A DNA stretch of 60,519 nucleotides from Tubiluchus corallicola (taxonomy: Eukaryota; Animalia; Priapulida), in assembly GCA_030141605.1 (NCBI GenBank), contig JAQGDQ010000549.1:1-60519 (forward strand). The letters run 5' to 3'. The notes beneath the pieces were generated by a model. The model was not told the DNA's origin. It searched no databases and saw only the letters and a program-made list of their open reading frames with translations. Position numbers and translations under genes: made by a program. Of the stretch, positions 38,006-53,378 are shown in pieces. Each line of letters begins with the position of its first letter. Positions within the stretch are counted from its first letter, which is position 1.

Positions 38006-39144
38006 GATGGCATTATAGTTTGTGAGATTTATAAATTATGAAACTTAAAGTTGATTGTCGTTTAATATGAGTGCTAGAATAAACTGGCTAGCGTTTTGTT
38101 AGCAAAGTAAACTACCTAGAATGTTAGCAAAGTGAACACGACGTTTTCTATAACTGTGTTAAATAAACGTTAAAATATTAATTACAATGCCTTGTCAACA
38201 GTGTATATAGAACCTTTAAAATATACCAGTATGTACTACTGTTACTATACATTGTTTTCATTAGTTCGTATTGCATTGTATGTTGATATTATTAAAAGAA
38301 ACTCGTATTCGAAAATGATACCATTATGCTTATGCGAGTTTATCCTGTATAGCTGTATACTATACTTAACATACAGTAATATAAGTATGGTACGTACGTT
38401 ATACATACATAACAGATTGTATCTGTACATATAGAAGTTATTATTATTATTATTATTGTATAATAAAGTTGTCTGTGTTGTTACAATTTTCCACTGTGTT
38501 TGTTTTGTTTGAATGGTAATGAGTTTTGCCCAGTTTAGGAGTCGGAACTTTTCCTGATTTTCAGGTAGAATGTTTTCGGTCAACATTCAATTCAATTCAA
38601 TTCAATTTTATCTTCTCAACAGCAGTTAAAATTCGTCATAATTATTTTTACATTTCATTGCAGCTGAGAAGGAGCAGCGAAAGAACTATTGGTCACTTGG
38701 TCAGCTGCCCCTTATTAAAAATACAAGTTTACTCACAGGCTCATGACATTTTTTAGGTGTTTGTGCATGTATAAAAGGAAAAAGCAACAAAAATCAACTC
38801 AAAGCAGAAATGCAATTCAAAGCATAACAAGGAATAACATCAAGCAAAAAATTATTGAAATTCAATGTAGAGCAAAAAATAACATCAAACAAAGCAACAA
38901 GTAGAAATCGTAAGTGTGCCGTCGATAGTGAATTTTTTGCTGCCAACATTTACGATGTTGTCGTGAAATCGTGTGTTGGAGTAACTTTAGTCGTAAGTGT
39001 ACCAGAGTCCTTGGAGACAAGAATAATAACCAGTTAACTTGGACCTAACCTATTGCTCTATTCGCTGCAAACGATTTAAGACAAACAACATGGATTACCA
39101 GGCGTGGATAATCGCAAAATGTTCTTTGACACTATCTCTATAAA

Positions 39145-39545
39145 ATGTTTCTTTTGTTTTGCTTCTTTTTTTCATTTTTTGTTTTATTTCCTTTTATTTC
39201 ATTTCATTTATTTCACTTATTTTTTTATTTTATTTTCATTTCTTTTATTCTTTTATTTCACTTTGTTTTCTTTTTTCCTATTCTTTTGTTTTGTTTTGCT
39301 TTGTTTTTTGTATTATTTTGCTTTGTTTTGTTTTTTCCTATTCTTTTGCCTTGTTTTGCTTCGTTTTTTGTATTATTTTGCTTTGTTTTGTTTTTCTATT
39401 CTTTTGTTTTGCTTTTTTTCCTCTCTTGCTTTGTTTTGTTTTTTTGCATTCTTTTGTTTTGTTTTGTTTTTCTATTATTTTGTTTTGCTTTTTTTCTACT
39501 CTTTTGCTTTGTTTTGTTTTTTGTATTCTTTTGTTTTGTTTTGTC
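39145..39545. repeat. Degenerate (TTTTG)n/T-rich tract
   Basis: Directly visible; the preceding 75 bp (39068-39143) recurs at about 39910-39987. Confidence 0.85.
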
Positions 39546-40329
39546 TTAATTTGTAATAACTTTTGTGAAACAAAGCCACGTCTACAGTTTCTGGTTTAAG
39601 TACCTCAATAGACCTGCATACAGTATCATTTCTCGAATCTACGTACCCATTCTTTTCATATTACGAAAAAACAGCAAGCCTCTTAATTTGGCTATTTCAG
39701 CTTGGCGTAACCATTATTTATGAAAATGAATCCGCCCTTCAAAAGCGCTCGTTTTTGGAACAATAACTTCATAAATTTATAAATATTTTTTCAGCTCTTA
39801 TATTTTCCTAACTCTATTATATTTTTCCTGACTGTATTTTCAAACTTCTGCAAAGAAAACAGTTCAATAAGCAATGTTGTTGCTTATACGGTCTAATTTC
39901 AACAGACTTTAAACGATTCAAAACAAACAACGGGACTACCAGGCGTGCACAATCGCAAAAAACCTTTCTTTGACACTTTCTCTATAAGTCGTCGAGTGGT
40001 GTCGGCCTCACGTTGCACGTGTTAATGCTACGCATGCGTAGAAATGATAACGTTTATACAACTGTCTTTAGTTAATGAAACGGTTGCGTTCAAATACCGA
40101 CTCCTTAGAAGCGCAGACGCCAAATCAAGAACAGAAATAATAAAGATGTTTTTAATTTTGAGTGAATCATGTCTTGTCATCATCATAATGCAGCGAAAAT
40201 AAATAAAAACAAAATGAAAAGACGTCGTTGTGTCAAGGTTTCCGTTTTGCCTGTTATTTATCTGTTCGTCCATTTATTCACCAATTAATTAATTAAATTT
40301 GTTCAGCCATTCTTTCTTTATTTCACTGA

Positions 40330-40910
40330 TTGTTTAGTTGGTTGGTTGGTTGGTAGGTTTGTTTGTTTTTTGGCTGGTTGCTTGGTAGGTTGGTTAGTTT
40401 GTTGATTGGTTGATTTTTTTTTACTTGTTGCTTGGTTGGTTTGTTTTTTGCCTGGTGGCTTGGTTGGTTAGTTCGTTCGTTCGTTCGTTCATTCATTTAT
40501 TTCTTTATTCGTCCATTTATTCGTTTATTCATTCATTCATTCATGCATTCATTCATTCATTCATTCATTCATTCATTCGTTCGTTCATTCATTCCTTCAT
40601 TCATTCATTCATTCATTCATTTATTCATTCATTCATTCATTCATTCATTCATTCATTCATTCATTTATTCATTCATTCATTCATTCATTCATTCATCCAT
40701 TTATCCGTTCATTCATTCATTCATTTATTCTTTCATTTATTCATTTATTCGTTAAGTCATTCATCCACTCTTTTATCCGTACATTTTATACATTAATTTA
40801 TTCATTTTTCCATTTAATCGGTGATTTGATCAGTGAGTGAGTCAGTTAGTCATTCAGTCATAAATCAGTTTGTCAGTCAATCAGTCAGCCAGTCGGTCAG
40901 TTAGTTAGTC
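40330..40910. repeat. Compound (TTGG)n/(TTCG)n/(TTCA)n/(TCAG)n microsatellite
   Basis: Directly visible. Confidence 0.9.
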
Positions 40911-41471
40911 TGTATGTTGCTGATAGTTTGTTTGTTGCACAATAATTGGGTCTTCCTCCCGTTACCGTAACCGTTACAACGAAAGTACTTTAAGTTCACA
41001 ACAGCCAACGTGTCATCTAAATGCATATAAACGCGCGCGTCGATTTTTTAATGCAAAAAATGTGAAAACAGCCGTAATAAAACGAACGGAATTTGTCTGT
41101 TTATGGAAAGTGTTGATAAAAAGTTGAAATAAATGTGGCGAGAATCGATTAAACAAGCGCTTTCAACTGGACAGAAATTTCACTTTGAAATGTGGTGTAG
41201 TTCAGCTTGAGTTAAAGGAAAAGAAGTCGATTTTTCGCGCCCTACCCTATTTTGAAGTGCAGTAAAAAGAATACAATTTTAACGACTATATTAATGCCAA
41301 AGCATTTCAGGTAATTAAAGGAAGACAGGATGATTTTTCATATACTTCCCCGTTTTTCATGTCAGATAAAAAGTATACATTTTTAATACTGCAAAAGCGT
41401 TTCTGATAATTAAATAATAGATTAAAAACTTAATTAACGGCGTGCATGCCCAACTACTTTTTCACCGAAAA

Positions 41472-41860
<389 letters not shown>

Positions 41861-42029
41861 TAATCTTTGTTATTAATCTTACTTTTTGTAACCTAATTGT
41901 AAGGACAATATAAAGTAGTATATAACTTGTTTAGTTAGTGAAATGTGTCACACGAATGCTCTGATTATTTTTTCAAACTTTACGCAATGTCATCTAAACT
42001 TGTTTCAAATGACTTATCATCAAAATCTA

Positions 42030-42546
42030 TATTACTTAGCATTTCGTTTACCTGCTGGAAAGACTTTTGTAATTAGACTAATAATTTAAAATGTTGGTGC
42101 AAATTGGTTATATGTCGCTGACTCACCCTCTAGGGTGCACCACTCGCTAACCAAAAACGTATTTTTAATCTTATCGACAAGATACGGTAATTTAAAATTT
42201 TACTTAGTGACTTGTGCGTTACGAGGCTCTGAATCTTTTTTCAAACTTTACAAAATGTTACCTAAACTTGTTTCAAATATTTTACTGTTAAAATGGCTGC
42301 ACCTAACGGTCATCACGGCAGTTTGAAATTACAAGTTTTACTGTCAAGTCATCTATCAAAAACTAATCGATTTACATAACGAAAACCCTACTGAAATATG
42401 CAATCTTGTCAATTCTAGTTTAGTAGTCCTAACATGTCTCTTGTGAGCAAGACTTTGTGTGCAAATGGACAGTAGGTGGAATTATAGATGACACAAAATT
42501 TCATGACGATTTTTTACTTTAAGTAAGTGAAGGTTTTTCTTTCGGT
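42030..42546 (+). mobile_element. Partial second copy of the Kolobok-type element at 1254-1898
   Basis: Colinear similarity to 1500-1790; ends GTAAGTGAAGGTTTTTCTTTCGGT|TTAA, like 1876-1902. Confidence 0.65.
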
Positions 42547-42618
42547 TTAACCGACAGGTTAAAAAAACTTTAGAACTTGGAAATAAGCAGCAAGTTAAGT
42601 CGTTTCTTACTAGAAAAC

Positions 42619-42972
42619 CAGGGCCTGTTTCAATGGGGGGAAGTGGGGTAACTTCCCCGGGGCCTCACCCTCTAGGGGGGCCTCGCACAAAGGTAACATT
42701 TTTTTGCTTTATGCGAACATACTGCCCCCTCTCTCTCCCTACCTCTCTCTCTCTTGCCGTTTGCCAGTATTGACAAGTATTAAGGGCTGGTCTTGAGAAT
42801 AAATCAGTTTTTCTTTCAATTGTTCTTTCCTTTAACAACTGTGTAAATGCTTCTCCGGCGTTCTAGCAGTTCAAAAAATTTTCGGGCGCCCGGCGCTTCG
42901 ACACCCCCCCCCCCCCGATGGGGCCTCACATGCCCCACTTCCCGGGCCTTGCCTAGGCTGAAATAGGCCCTG
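42619..42972. mobile_element. hAT MITE, 354 bp
   Basis: TIRs CAGGGCCTGTTTCA / CAGGGCCTATTTCA; perfect 8-bp TSD TAGAAAAC at 42611-42618 and 42973-42980. Confidence 0.92.
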
Positions 42973-43339
42973 TAGAAAACGTCTTATAAAATCTCTCCAC
43001 TTTCATTTTTTATAGACTTATGATTAAGAATTGAAGCCCAGTGATGCAAAAACACAGAAGCCACATGTGTACAGTGACGACAATTTGTTGTCTGAGTAAA
43101 TATTAACACACCACAGTCTCTGTTTACTCACTGACTAGGAGACGACATTGAAATCGCTGGTGGTAGAAGAAAATAGATTAAAAATCATTTTTTTGATAAA
43201 AAGTTTTGCTGATCTCTTAAGATGGTGTTAAAATGCGAATCCCGAGGGAAAATAATTCAAAACCGAAAATAACAAAGAAAGACAAAATGCAGGAAAGAAA
43301 TGCAGAAAAAGAAAAGACAGAGAAAAAAGCAGAAAAGAG

Positions 43340-43435
43340 ACGATAGGATAATATTAAAAACGATGATAATGATAACAAGCTTCGTGATGATAATGATGAT
43401 GATGATTATGATGATGATGATGATGATGATGATGA

Positions 43436-43506
<71 letters not shown>

Positions 43507-43513
43507 GATGATT

Positions 43514-43552
<39 letters not shown>

Positions 43553-43647
43553 GTGGTGGTGATGATGATGATGATCATAACGACGACGACCACGATGATG
43601 GTGATGACGATGACGATAACGATGCTTTGATGATGATGATGATGAAA

Positions 43648-43689
<42 letters not shown>

Positions 43690-43790
43690 ATAGTTAGATT
43701 AATCATGAAAAGATGGCAATGATGACGATTTCAAAGATTGTGGTGATGAAGGTGACCATGATGACAATGGCAACGGTTATGATGATGACT
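43340..43790. repeat. (GAT)n/(GGT)n microsatellite
   Basis: Directly visible. Confidence 0.9.
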
Positions 43791-44221
43791 ATAGTCCACA
43801 CATCCGTAGGCTTCAGTAAACTTACTCTGCGAAACTGTTTCTAACCATCACCGTTTCCTTACAAAGTCAGGAATGTCTATAAACATGGCTGCCTGCTTAT
43901 TATTCACGGAGATAGACAAATTTTGTTGCATTCTTGTTTCTGGAAAATTCAATTCACTCTGAGATACGTGTCCTGCATGCAAGGAATGCTTTCAGTTTGA
44001 AACTCATTCAGTGTTGCAGTGTTGCCATGCAGCGACTTGAATATCTTGCACTTTTAGTTGAATGGAGAGACTTTGGTGACAAACACAAAGTTTCAATGAA
44101 TAAGCCAAGTTTTTGCTGTCTTGAAGCCTCTAAAATGAACAGTGATTAGAAGTATTGTTAGTAAGTCTGTATGGTCAAGATTTTACAGTTTTCAATACAT
44201 GTTACAAGGCAATGCAATTTC

Positions 44222-44222
44222 T

Positions 44223-44262
<40 letters not shown>

Positions 44263-44315
44263 GTTGTTGTTGTTGCTGTTGTTGCTGTTGTTGTTGTTGC
44301 TGCTGTTGTAGTTGC

Positions 44316-44391
<76 letters not shown>

Positions 44392-44805
44392 ATTGTTGCT
44401 GTTGCTGTTGTTGCTGTTGTCGTTGTTGTTGTTGCTGCTGTTGCAGTTATTGCTGTTGTTGCTGTTGCTGCTGTTGTTGGTGTTGTTGTTGGTATTGGTT
44501 GTGTTGCTGGTGCTGTTGTTGTTGCTGTTGCTGTTGCTGTTGCTGTTGTTGTTGTTGCTGTTGTCGTTGTCGTTGTCGTTGTCATTGTCATTGTCATTGT
44601 CATTGTCGGTGTCGGTGTCGGTGTCGGTGTCGTTGTCGTTGTCATTGTCATTGTCATTGTCATTGTCGTTGTTGTTGCTGCTGCTGTCGTCGATGTCATC
44701 GTTGCTGTATTGTTTCGGATAACTTTACTACTGTTCGCCACTGCCGTGATAGTCACGGTCGTTTTCGCTGCAGCTTTCACCTCTGTTGCTGCTGCTGTTG
44801 CTGTT
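44222..44805. repeat. Compound (GCT)n/(GTT)n/(GTCATT)n microsatellite
   Basis: Directly visible. Confidence 0.9.
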
Positions 44806-45189
44806 CGTGAAGCCGCCTGAAGCATTTTTTATTTTTTCCCAAAAAACGCATGGAAAGCACAGAGCTGCAAGCTGAAGCCAACAGCAGGAAGCCATCTACA
44901 AATACGAGTTAACTTCCCACTTTTGGACAGAGAAGCTTATTATGGATTATGGGCATAATTATCCCACCAAATGCTGGCCAAAACGTGTGTTATAGAACAA
45001 ACGTTGAACGTGATAGTGCATAGCATATAATATTCATGTTAAAAACGAGCCTATAAGTAAACAGTAACGTCTGTTGGCCACGTGTCGCGGGATGGATATC
45101 CTTAATTGGCTTTATGCATAATAGTTTGATCTTGTTTAGACTGGAGTAGAGAAATGGCGGGCGCGTTTGATCGACACGCTGATGAAACA

Positions 45190-45850
45190 ACAACAATAAA
45201 TTTGGCAATAAATTTGGAAATAACTCTATATCAATGCAGGCCGTACATTTATGGAACTTACTACCAAGTGAAATAAACAAATAGAATCTCTCCACCACTT
45301 TAAAAAGAAATTAGAAGAATATCAATATAACAGGTTTCAACTTCCACATTGTGCATCTGATACTAATTACACAGACTCCACTTTCATCTACCCCCGCCCC
45401 TGACTCCATAAAACGATTAAAAATGTAAAAATTTTGAAAAAATTATGTAATTTTAAAAAAAATTATGTAATGTAATACGTGTTATGTTAGTTTTGTAATG
45501 TCAAATGTATAAATAGTGTAAATGTAATGAGTGAAATTTATGTAATGTAAAGCATGTTTCTGTTAATTGTGTCATGTCAAATGTATATTGTGTAAAATAT
45601 GTCATGTAAAATTTAATGTTCTTTTGTAATATTGTTTTGTAAAAATATTTTAATACGGTGTTTGTAAATATGTTCATTTATTTTATATAATTAGGCCTTA
45701 GTTTTGCACTTTCGTTTTTTTAGTCTGCACTGGACGCATTTCTCTTGAACAGTGTTGTTATTTTAACATTACGCCGAGGCTTACTCAATTTTATTATAAT
45801 GAGTGAACCATTTTAATCACAAATAAAGAATTAAAATATATATATATATG
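45190..45850 (+). mobile_element. L2/CR1-group LINE 3' fragment (FIYPRP family, subfamily B)
   Basis: Translation, with one frameshift, gives HLWNLLPSE...HFKKKLEEYQYNRFQLP...TFIYPRP*; ends AATAAAG..(TA)n; copy at 55627-56205. Confidence 0.8.
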
Positions 45851-46900
45851 CAGCTCAACCTGAGAAGTTTGAATAATTAAAAAATTAGAACAATATAAAT
45901 CCATGTTAAATGGTAAACGTGTACCATCAATAGGACATAATGCTTATAACTAATGTACAAGAATTAGATTATTACAAAAATTTTGGCTACATGTTACGCA
46001 AATTATTAAAAGTCAAAAGTAATAACGCTGTCCTAAGTGTTCCGGAAAATTACGAAGGAATATTTTAATTTTTTACTAAAACACAAGCTTCGGCCACTTT
46101 CTATGAGGAATCCTCAATCAATGAAGGCTATCATATTTTAAATCATTTAAAAAGATAAGAATGTGCCAAAATAGGTACGTCATTGGTACAGTATGTCTGT
46201 AATGATACATTATTTTGGCCAGTTGAAGGATAAACTAAACCCCCTGTATCTTGGAAAACTTGGAGACCACATTGTATCGTTGCCTGTTTTTCCAGACAAT
46301 TTTTGGGCTGTCTCCTTCTTTCTTTGACCAGTTGAAGGTTAAACTAAACCCCCTGTATCTTGGAAAACTTCGACTGCATGTTGTATCGTACTTTCGTCGA
46401 TATTCCAAGAATTATTTCTCGGAAGGAAATGTGCCCTACATCCCAGAAGAGATTAAAACTTGTCAAGATTAATTGATAAATGTTCTTGTGAAAGGCAATA
46501 CTTGTTTTATTTGGACTCGAAGTGCTAAAATGTCACCCAAATGAACTGTCAGCTTTAATAACAGACAGATCGTCTTCAGCTTTGAATTAAGTGGGTACAT
46601 CAAATCTGAGAACATTTTGAGCTGCAGTTTTTCTCTTCTTCTCGTGTTTTTCTTCAGTTTTTTATTTAATCCAGTTTGTGCGTGAACAGCAGGAGTAGTA
46701 ACAGCAGCAACAACGATAACTATGGTTCAGAAAGTTTGCCCATATTTATGTTAAGCTTACTCTTCATCGTTATAATTATAACAAAATATATAATTTTATT
46801 TACATATAATCAAGTTTGTGGTACATGTGTCAAGGACATAATTATAATTGAAAGTATTGCATACTCTTACATCATAACAAAGTGCAGAATTAGTGGCCTG

Positions 46901-47508
<608 letters not shown>

Positions 47509-48261
47509 TATATATATATATATATATATATTGTGTGAATAATATATTTGCATATATATTATACAGTAATAAGAATAATACATATATATTTATATGTGTG
47601 TAAATAAAGATTTATCATCATAAACAAACCCCCCACCCCCACCCTTTCAATTACTTCTTTTTAATGTTTTTCCGACCTCGTTTGTTTCGTTTACGATTTT
47701 CCGACATGCCAGACTGAAACGGACAACTGCTTACAGTATTGTTATTCCTCTCACTTGGCGCTTAAACTACTAGCAATCGGCAGTTTTGACTAAAGGGTAC
47801 CTCCCGGAGGAGCTGCGAAAAGGAGATATTTTTATGCCCGCCATAAAACGGTTCGACTTCGATGGGGGGCGGAAGGAGTTAGCATTTCTATTGCTTGTCT
47901 AGGTGTAGAATTACAATGGCCAGACGTGTTTTTACACCATGATGGAAATCAGTGACGCTAAGGTGTCATTTTCCCATAAAAAAGCCTTTAATTAGTTCCA
48001 GCTCAATTGGGAAAAGAAGCATCAGCTAAAATTCACGTTCATTGCATTGTATGCTTATGCTGGGCCAATTGAAAATTTGTTTACAATACTAGGTCCGTGG
48101 TCATTATTCGCATGGTCAAAATTTTGTAGACCAATCAGTTGCTGCTTTAACATGCCGCTGCTTTGAAATCACCAGGGCCATCGTCAGCGCCTCTGTGAAA
48201 TTCTAGCAGCTCTGACAACGTTAACAATCATCAGTACCAAGGACAATACACAATCATCACA

Positions 48262-48284
48262 TAGATAGAGATAAATAGAGAGAA

Positions 48285-48325
<41 letters not shown>

Positions 48326-48326
48326 T

Positions 48327-48364
<38 letters not shown>

Positions 48365-48605
48365 GGGGGAGGGAGAGAGAAAGAAGAGAGAGAGAGAAAG
48401 AGAGAGTGTGAGAGAAAGAGAAAGAGAAAGAGAAAGAGAGAGAGAAAGAGAGAGAAAGAAGAGAGAAAGAGAAAGAGAGAAAGAGAAAGAGAGAGAGAGA
48501 GGAGAGAGAGAAAGAGAGAGAGGAGAGGAGAGGAGAGAGAGAGAGAGAGAGAAAGAAGGAGAGAGAGGGGGGAGAGAAAGAGAGAGAGAAAGAGAGAGAT
48601 GGGGG

Positions 48606-48674
<69 letters not shown>

Positions 48675-48697
48675 TGTGTGTCTGTGTGTGTGTGCGT
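48262..48697. repeat. (GA)n followed by (GT)n/(GCGT)n
   Basis: Directly visible. Confidence 0.95.
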
Positions 48698-49204
48698 GGA
48701 TTCGTTTCGGAAGGAAGTAGGAATGGACAAGGAAGTAGATTCGTTTCGATGTTATTTATATTTTCGTTTTGAAATAAACATTATCTTTATTTTCTCCACA
48801 TCTCGCAAATCACGCAAAATAAATTTATAATCTCATCGCTCTCCAGTGGATTCTTCCCTATCACGTCCACAGCGCAGAGGTTCTTTTAGCTGTTTCTCAT
48901 TTCATTATTTTGTAAATTCCGTTAGCTGGTGTAGGATAAGCCTATTATTCGTCTTTATTACTGCTCGGATCTCTCACTGTCGGCGTGAATAAACTTCAAA
49001 GACGTTTGTTACTGTTGCTCGGCGTTGCAAAGAAGATTGGATGAATGCATGATGAATTGGGAATAAACAAACTTGAATTGAAAATGAGCAGATTTTGCTT
49101 TTGAATCATGAGCTGTTTTTATCATTTGGGATTTTTCGTCGCATAGGAGCTTGTTTATCAGCTTTATTCAATATTTTTTTGTTTGCTGTGTTTACCTGTG
49201 GTCT

Positions 49205-49277
49205 CATGATGAGTGATGATGATGATGGTGATGATGGTAGTGGTCAGTGGTGGTGATGGTGGTGGCGATGGTGATGA

Positions 49278-49311
<34 letters not shown>

Positions 49312-49389
49312 GGTGATGATGATGACGATGGCAGTGGTGGTAGTGATGATGATGCTGGTGGTGATGGTGATGATGATGATGATGATGTG

Positions 49390-49435
<46 letters not shown>

Positions 49436-49457
49436 GTTGGTGGTGGTGGTGGTGTGG

Positions 49458-49516
<59 letters not shown>

Positions 49517-49627
49517 GTGGTGATGACGATAATGATGATGATCATGCTGATAGTCTAATAGAGTAATGATAGTTATAATTATCACGGTTGATATCACAGT
49601 TGCAAATGCCTTTATGATGATGACAAC

Positions 49628-49671
<44 letters not shown>

Positions 49672-49700
49672 CTACGATGATGATGATGATGATGATGATT
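49205..49700. repeat. (GAT)n/(GGT)n microsatellite
   Basis: Directly visible. Confidence 0.9.
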
Positions 49701-50254
49701 AAGCATAGCAAGACTGAACATGATTCATCTGAAGGAAAATTTCAGCACCTGGTGCTATTTTTACTACTTCCATTACACCAAATGAAATTATCCAACCGGG
49801 ACGCTTCCCTGTCCCTGATTTATCCCCATAGATCGAGGTTTAATAACTGAGTCACAGCAAAATTAATTTCGTTTACTAATTTTATCGAATATTCATAAAC
49901 GCCATTACTAAGACCCGAAATCAAATCTTGCCGTTTCAGACGAGACTCGTTTCTGATCAAAGTCGTGTAAGAAATAAATCAAAATTAAATTGAATGGACA
50001 AATAGCTCCTTATGCTGGCGAGAGAATTGGGTTTGGGAAAAATTTGCATTTGGAGTAGCTAAACTAATGAGTTTTTAACGAGCTACGTGAGGAATTATGC
50101 AAGCGCTGGCAAAATGATGATAACGGTGAGGACTGTTTACTTTGCAGTTTAGGTGATAATAATATTATAATGAGTCTTCTTGCGAAATCAACGCTGTTAA
50201 TTATGGAGATTAGTTTATGCAAAGACTCTACTCTGAACACATAAAAGCATTTAT

Positions 50255-50900
<646 letters not shown>

Positions 50901-51657
50901 CTTTCAATCCACTAACAACTAACAATCAACTTTTTTGTCTAAATTTCACCGTACGATGTGGGCATAACTTCTATTAGCTTCTATTAAAGCACCTGAGCCT
51001 TGCACTCCAAATTAAGTTGCTCGGTAAACCGCTTCTAAACACCCGTGGTCACGCCATTAGAACGAAAAATGCAGATTAGTTTAGATAACATCTAAAACTG
51101 TTATACGCTGTTTGGTCACTGCATGGTCACTGATTTGGGGGAATAGAAATGACCAATAAATCGCTGCAATGTTGACCCTAGTTGACTCAAGCGCGTGATT
51201 TCGTTACAATAAGACTTTTCGCAGCTTCGTTGTGCGCATGCGTAATTGCTGTAGGTCAAATGTTAAATGTACCAGACCAACGCGTCTTTACTGCAACCGC
51301 CACACCACATGTGGATAAAACGAAGCCGTTAGGCGCATCAGTTCAGTAACTTCAGTTGTTTTACGTGGACTTCACTTACGAATGCATTAGTCTGTACGCA
51401 AAGTAATTTACTAGCAAGATCTTGCTTGGAAAGGAGAAAAAATCAACTAGGCAAGGTTCTAGCTAGCTGCTGAAACGGTTAGTATTATAACAACATGGGC
51501 CGCTAGGTTAACAATTGTTCCTTATATTTGAATAATTAAAATTAACTTCATGTCTTGCTGTTTTTTTTTTGTATATTTCAAAATTGAAGCTGTGCGTATG
51601 TCTTGTATGTATTTTTGACAGTATGTCTTGTATGTATCTAAATATATAGCTGCAACC

Positions 51658-52241
51658 TTTTCTCAGCTAAACTATGACCTTTGACCTTTTCTCTAAAGGC
51701 TGTAAAGATAATAACGGTCATCCAATATTGCCGAATTGTAACTGTGGATTTCGATTTGAGTCTGTTGAACGCTTTTTGTTGCACTGCCCATTGTATTAAC
51801 AAACTAGGGTTGTTATGTTTGATAAATTAAATGAAATACTTCTGCCTTAAAACCTTAATATAGCTGCCTTATGAACTAATGATCTGTTGAAGTTGTTATT
51901 ATTCGGTAAAGATGAATTTAACTATGTTGCTAACTGTAAAATATTCCAATGCATACATGACTTTATGTTACGTACTAAACGCTTTCAGTAGTTTCTATCT
52001 GATGTAAAATGCATCAGTCTTAAGTAATCGTACATTAATATTTACTAACCGTCATTTTCTACTAATGTCTAATGTATCACTGTAGTAAAACTTTAGTATA
52101 CTAAAGTATACTAAAAACTAAGTATAGTCTATTCTTACTGTAAATGTTCTTGTAAATAGTCTTATAAAGTCTGTTGTGGTGAAGATCCTAAATCATGTTG
52201 TACAAACTGTCTGATACAATCCTAAATAAATTGTTTAAACT
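51658..52241 (+). mobile_element. CR1-group LINE 3' fragment, more decayed
   Basis: Colinear with the reverse complement of 8417-9030; has in-frame stops; ends AAATAAATTGTTTAAACT. Confidence 0.85.
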
Positions 52242-52514
52242 GAACTAACCTATACGAGTCTATAGGATAATCTGGTGCACAAGCGAAGTTGGTGAACACA
52301 TTGACAATTTATCTCAAATGCAAATTTCTAGCCGGAACTCGCCTGTGAATTAAGGCCAGAATGTCACAGTTAATCATCCTCACTTCTCGATGCATCATGC
52401 TTATCTCTGTCAGTGGCGTTATCAACTGACATCTAACCACATAATTATTTATCACCATTGAAACCATTATTAATCTCTCTTTCTCTCTTTGCCTCTCTTC
52501 TCTCTCACTCTCTC

Positions 52515-53378
52515 TTAAAAACCATTAAAGGTCTAAATGCAAATCGAAATGAAATGTTGCATTCAATTCCACAAGACAATTTAAAATACACAAAGAAAGA
52601 ATGTCAAAAATTCAATGGAAAAGAAAACTGTTGCATTGCAACCAGTTAGCTGGAAACCCTTTTGAAGAAGTTAAAGTTTGTGCAAAACCTTTAGATCTGC
52701 AAATTACAAGAAATGAACGTGTTATTGAAACTATTGTTTTCAAAATATTATTATTAGGAAGCGGTTGTAATGTGTTTAGCAATAGAATCGGTCTGATAGA
52801 AACTGATATGTGTAAATGCAGTGCAAACAGCCAAACGCCAGAACATATAATTTTTAACTGTCCTCTAATAAAAGACGAACTCAGAAGGAAACTTTAAACT
52901 GCACTTCCATCTAGGCAACTTAAAGATATATACAGAACAAGGAGTAGAAATGCTATTAATGCGTTTGTAGAAATTGTTAAAAATGCTAAAGAGGAAATAT
53001 AGCCGAAAAAACGTGGAGTTTATTTTTAAAAATGTGAAGTCCGGTTACTGTCATTTTACATAATTAGATTGCTACCTGTCAATGAAAATTTAAAAGTATT
53101 TATAGTTATTTATAAAATTAGGTAAATATAAATTTAAATGTAAATCTAGCTATGTTGCTTATAGTTGTTGATGTGTTTTTGTATATAAGTGTTTTACTGT
53201 TATCATAGTCACCAGTGATATTAAAAGGGATAATTGTAATTATTTTCTAACTTATTATAACAATGCCCATACTGATCCCTGCAAATAGAGGGAATTTATG
53301 TATGTTATATATGCATTTATGTCAATATATATAGTAAAATAGACTTATAATAATAATAATAATAACAATAATAATAAT
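52515..53378 (+). mobile_element. (TAA)n-tailed LINE 3' fragment with C-terminal zinc knuckle (I-group-like)
   Basis: ORF 52601-52897 has MCKCSANSQTPEHIIFNCPL; 3' UTR carries CCCTGCAAATAGAGGG and a (TAA)n tail; clade is inferred. Confidence 0.7.

Noticed and set aside
47690-49200. Promoter and first exon of an unknown gene
   Set aside because: Somewhat CpG-richer with TTTTATG/CATAAAA motifs, but no ORF or splice evidence; not supportable without expression data
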